The position numbers and the translations under genes are program-made. From Rhizodiscina lignyota (taxonomy: Eukaryota), in the NCBI GenBank assembly GCA_010015805.1, contig ML978126.1:372001-436000 (forward strand): a stretch of 64,000 nt of DNA, given 5' to 3'. Of this stretch, positions 60,312 through 64,000 are shown piece by piece; positions within the stretch are counted from its first letter, which is position 1, and each line of letters opens with the position of its first letter. The notes under the pieces were generated by a model. That model was not told where the DNA came from. It saw only the letters and a list, made by a program, of their open reading frames with translations, and did not search any database.

Positions 60312-61550
60312 CTAATCTCGGTCCCCCCAAGCTCCAAATATGTCGTGATACGGCTTCAAGAGATCGCGTGCAGGTAAAAGCTTGACATGCGGACTGAGTT
60401 CAAGTCCGAATCCAGGCTTGTCGAATTCACTGGGCTTGACAATGCCATCGGTGGGTAAGGGTTCCTTCAAGAAGAAATCTCCATGCACAGGACCAACGCT
60501 CCGTCCGTCCGGTGAATATGCCACATATTCGATAAGAGGCGAGTTGGGCTGCGACATGCAAAAGTGAACGGTGTAATGGCTATTGCCATGAGGAACAATA
60601 TCGATGTCATAAGCGGCCGCATGCACAGCTATCCTCATGAGTTCCGTCAATCCACCGCACCACATGACATCTGGTTGTAGTACGTCGAGCAGGCGTCCCT
60701 CAATCAGGTGTCGATAACCATAACGCGTGTATTCGTGCTCGCCTGTGGCCCATCTGACCTGTGGAAAGGCCTGCTTTAGTCGAACGTATCCACCAGTGTC
60801 GTCAGGACTCAACACTTCCTCCCACCACTCGATATGCAAGTCCGCACACTTGCTAATCAGCTTGATGGCATACTGGATGTTGAGGGACATGTAGCAATCC
60901 ACCATAATTGGGAACCCAGGCCCGGCTTTCTTTCGATGAGCGGTCAGAACATCATAATTCTTTTGGAGGCTGTCCGGCTCGCTAGGGCTATATGGGAGTG
61001 GTACTTTGCCTCCCCAGAAGCCTTGCTCTCGAGCAACGTCAGGATTTGGGCCCGTGCAATACGCCGTTAGATAGTCCTTGGTCTGCCCTCCGATCATCTT
61101 ATACACAGGTTCGCCTCGGATTTTGCCTAGGAGATCCCAAAGAGCCAAATCAATGACACTGACAATCATCATCGTGATGCCTCGGCGACCGTAATGCTGA
61201 CTTCCACGATACATCTGGTCCCAGATGAGGTTGGTGTCACGAGGATCAGCATCGATCAAGAATCGCTTGAAATGCTCCTCAGTGAGAAAACATCCCACAA
61301 AACCTCCATGCCCAATAGCAAATCCACGAGTCCCGTCGGACGCTTCGATTTCAACGCAGAAGTGTTTGAGCACGTCTACTCCCCAGCTATCTCGATTGTC
61401 CTTGTACTTTGGGTACTTCGACATCGGATTCGCAATCTCTTGATAGTAAAGCCAATGGCCAGGCTTCTCCTCTTCTGACTTCTTTGGATCAGGCGCGACG
61501 AGAAAAGTCCGCACTGCGGTAATCCTTGGATGCTCTTTTGATGCCGACAT
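60312..61550 (-). CDS. L-rhamnonate dehydratase-family enzyme (enolase superfamily, mandelate racemase subgroup), divergent
   Basis: GHWL..IANPMSKYP, VEIEASDG, SVIDLALWDLLGK, YCTGP, MVDCYMSL, WWEEVL, TGEHEYTRYG, QPDVMWCGG, VPH and KPGFGLEL. Confidence 0.9.
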   Translation of the reverse strand: MSASKEHPRITAVRTFLVAPDPKKSEEEKPGHWLYYQEIANPMSKYPKYKDNRDSWGVDVLKHFCVEIEASDGTRGFAIGHGGFVGCFLTEEHFKRFLIDADPRDTNLIWDQMYRGSQHYGRRGITMMIVSVIDLALWDLLGKIRGEPVYKMIGGQTKDYLTAYCTGPNPDVAREQGFWGGKVPLPYSPSEPDSLQKNYDVLTAHRKKAGPGFPIMVDCYMSLNIQYAIKLISKCADLHIEWWEEVLSPDDTGGYVRLKQAFPQVRWATGEHEYTRYGYRHLIEGRLLDVLQPDVMWCGGLTELMRIAVHAAAYDIDIVPHGNSHYTVHFCMSQPNSPLIEYVAYSPDGRSVGPVHGDFFLKEPLPTDGIVKPSEFDKPGFGLELSPHVKLLPARDLLKPYHDIFGAWGDRD

Positions 61551-61671
61551 CGCTGTTGCCCGTAGCACGTTTCGTCTTTGAGGAGATTGATGTCGTGGTA
61601 AATTGGCCTGGTCCCTGGGTAGAGCCTCTTGCCTTCAGAGGGCGCCATATGTGAGTACATGCACGGGACGT

Positions 61672-61736
61672 GAAAACTCCTGGTTTCCTCCATTTGTAGG
61701 GCGAACTTTCCTGAACTCAGGGCGAAACTTCCTGAA
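61672..61736. promoter_or_regulatory. Triple GAA-n-YTCCTG motif, including an 18-bp near-perfect direct repeat, upstream of the dehydratase
   Basis: GAAAACTCCTG at 61672; AGGGCGAACTTTCCTGAA and AGGGCGAAACTTCCTGAA spaced 21 bp apart. Confidence 0.55.
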
Positions 61737-62057
61737 ATGAAATTGACTCGGAGATGAATACTTTCGGGCCGAGCTATTCTGTTTGTGGTGTAAAATTTCA
61801 TGTAGTAGGGGGGTTCCGACTACGGTACGATGAAACTGCCTAAGCTTTTACGAAGTAGAGTAAAACATCCCTACTACATATCTGGCATCCTCTAATTCGA
61901 CAACCTCAAAGGAGAAAATCTCATCCAAAGGTCAGTTCTGCAGCGCACCAAATCATGCCTCCAAGCTAGACAGCATTGTACCTATCGTATATGAAGCTGT
62001 GTATTTCCTGAAACAAATCGAGGCCCCTGTTCAAATTGCATAGATGCCATATCACGA

Positions 62058-63002
62058 TTACAAAATCAATCTGACCTTCAATAAATCGCCTCTTTCTATG
62101 TCCTCCTTGCGTCTCAAAATCTCTTCCATATCCCAGGTGCAGCTTAAATACCTCCCAGCAAGCCAATCTCTTCGTTCCTGCGTCAACCAGGTCACAGTAT
62201 CCCCTGCTATCTCTGGAGTATCACCCAGAGCTGCCAGTGTCTCTTTCGGCATCCCTTTTTCAGCCAGTTCCGTCAAAACCCCACCAGGATGCACAGAGTA
62301 TGCTAATAGACCTCTGTCAGCTGCTTCAACCAGCAAAAATTCAGTGAACCTGAGCGCTGCGGCTTTGCTGATGCCGTATGCGCTCGCCATGGGCCGGAGA
62401 TTATGACTTGCGACAGAGTTGATGTTAACAAGAGTCTTCAGCCCACCGTTGGTGTCCAAAAGCAGCGGTAAGAAATATTTGCTGATGAGATACACGCCTT
62501 TTAGATTCACCTCGAATGTGCGCCACCACGTATCCTCATCAGATTCCGTCACCGGCAGAGCGGGTGTCATGAAGCCTGCGTTGTTCACAATTACGTCGAG
62601 CCTGCTATTGAACTCTTCCTTGATGAGCTCAGCGGCGTTGCTCACGCTCGCAGATTTGGTAACATCAAGCTTTGTCAAGACTAGCTTCGGCGGTTCAACT
62701 GCAGCACTTCTCGCAGCTGCGGCGACATCTTGCGAAAGACTTCCGAAGTCATCGACAATGTCGCCTAGACCTATTGATGCGGCACCCGCTTTGGCGAATG
62801 ATAGCGCTATTGCACGACCGATGCCCCGAGAACCACCGGTAATAAAAACGTTGTGACCTCGATGGTTTGACTTGGAGATGAATGGATATGAGTCGGAATG
62901 GATTGTCGACGTGAAGGAAGCCCCTGGCAAGAGTAAGATATTAGACACCTTCGGAGAATTGGAATGCTCACCATTATATGGTGCAATTAGAGGGTAAGCC
63001 AT
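62058..63002 (-). CDS. Short-chain dehydrogenase/reductase, 2 exons
   Basis: VFITGGSRGIG, LDVIVNNAG, YGISKAA (YxxxK), VHPGG and WLAGRYLSCTWD; 48-nt intron 62924-62971. Confidence 0.92.
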   Translation of the reverse strand: MAYPLIAPYNGEHSNSPKVSNILLLPGASFTSTIHSDSYPFISKSNHRGHNVFITGGSRGIGRAIALSFAKAGAASIGLGDIVDDFGSLSQDVAAAARSAAVEPPKLVLTKLDVTKSASVSNAAELIKEEFNSRLDVIVNNAGFMTPALPVTESDEDTWWRTFEVNLKGVYLISKYFLPLLLDTNGGLKTLVNINSVASHNLRPMASAYGISKAAALRFTEFLLVEAADRGLLAYSVHPGGVLTELAEKGMPKETLAALGDTPEIAGDTVTWLTQERRDWLAGRYLSCTWDMEEILRRKEDIERGDLLKVRLIL

Positions 63003-64000
63003 CGCAGAATCAACTATTTTGTCTCCTGAGTTCCACAGATTCCCTCCTTTTAACCACACTGTTGTCTTTATAGCTTCAGCGTAAGTGGTATTTAGTAGCT
63101 GAAGGCGTCTGATCATCAATGGACAATGAAATCGGATGATACATCCAGGATACTGATTTAAATATTCTCATCGGCTAACAGTCGTCATATTTCTCCTGCC
63201 CCAAGGCGGACTTTGTATGCTTAGCACCGTATAAGACCGACTTACAGCCTAGCTTCAATGTATAGAGTATACTTATGGCGATTTTCGGCGATTTTGAAGA
63301 CGGCCAAGCTGAAGACGGGGCGTTCGGGCGATCTTCATCAACCCAACTACCTACGGAGTAGCCCCGGCTAGACTCACGGCGGAATTTGGTGAATATGGGT
63401 CCGTTAGGTGCATAAGATAATAGAATGCAAGATTTGTCGTTCCGAAATCTTCAATATTTGGACAGCAAAGCTTTGACCAGAACTGAATTTCTCATCTAAA
63501 ACTACAGTGTAAGCTCCAATTCATATGATATCGTGACTCATAAAATATCATTCACGACCTTGAACTCCTTACTCCATGCATTTCAAGCACCGTAGCAACG
63601 TAGCATTGCCGCAATAAAAATCCCATTGCCGGATACCAGAATCTCCGCCAACGGACTGTCCATTGCCCTTCATGTCCAACTGTTTTTACTTGCTGCGTTC
63701 ACATGCAAATGCAATAACCGAGCAATATCTTTGTGATCGATGGTATCATTAAACATTTCTCAGTGCTGTGGATGATTGGGTCTCGCCTGAACCCATTCCA
63801 TAAAACGCCATAGACGGATTCCGTCTCTTAAAACTTGTTCCACGCTAATTCTATTGAATTTAATGCTCGAGAAATGGGTCGCAGTGCTCGCTTTCGATAA
63901 TTATTGATGGTAAGAGATTCGGGTTGTCTGTGCCATAACCGACGAGTAGGGCCGGCGCGGGTGCGAGGAAGGACTCGGTAAAAGATTGGGCCCCCATTCT

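Noticed and set aside
1..64000. tRNA, rRNA, CRISPR arrays, PKS/NRPS backbone genes
   Set aside because: None recognised by eye; the many antisense ORFs over real genes were treated as shadows.

Overview
Gene-dense, intron-rich nuclear DNA from a filamentous ascomycete (Pezizomycotina; class not determinable here), with about 24 protein-coding loci. From left to right: a HET-domain gene; a P450 / Zn2Cys6 / HD-hydrolase / NmrA group; housekeeping genes (eIF3g, Rrn11-like, RING-H2 ligase, C6 factor behind a 7.6-kb gap, GVP36, Bys1-like secreted protein, SDR, FKBP12, HIS2, MOB3/phocein, ZNG1/CobW); two divergent F-box-like paralogs flanking a hAT-type MITE, one with a single TAG at a Trp position; and a 7-gene putative sugar-acid catabolic cluster at 52-63 kb. 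Two signals stand out. (1) A ~1.3-kb ORF-free, extensively base-paired minus-strand segment (about 10.9-12.2 kb) carries a CUAACCCU motif next to a long-range helix and is a candidate telomerase RNA or other large structured ncRNA. (2) The catabolic cluster combines a divergent rhamnonate-dehydratase-family enzyme with a PhyH dioxygenase and two hydroxyacid oxidoreductases, and its promoters share a GAWANYTCCKG motif. All splice models, RNA structures and family assignments were made by eye, without searches or folding software.
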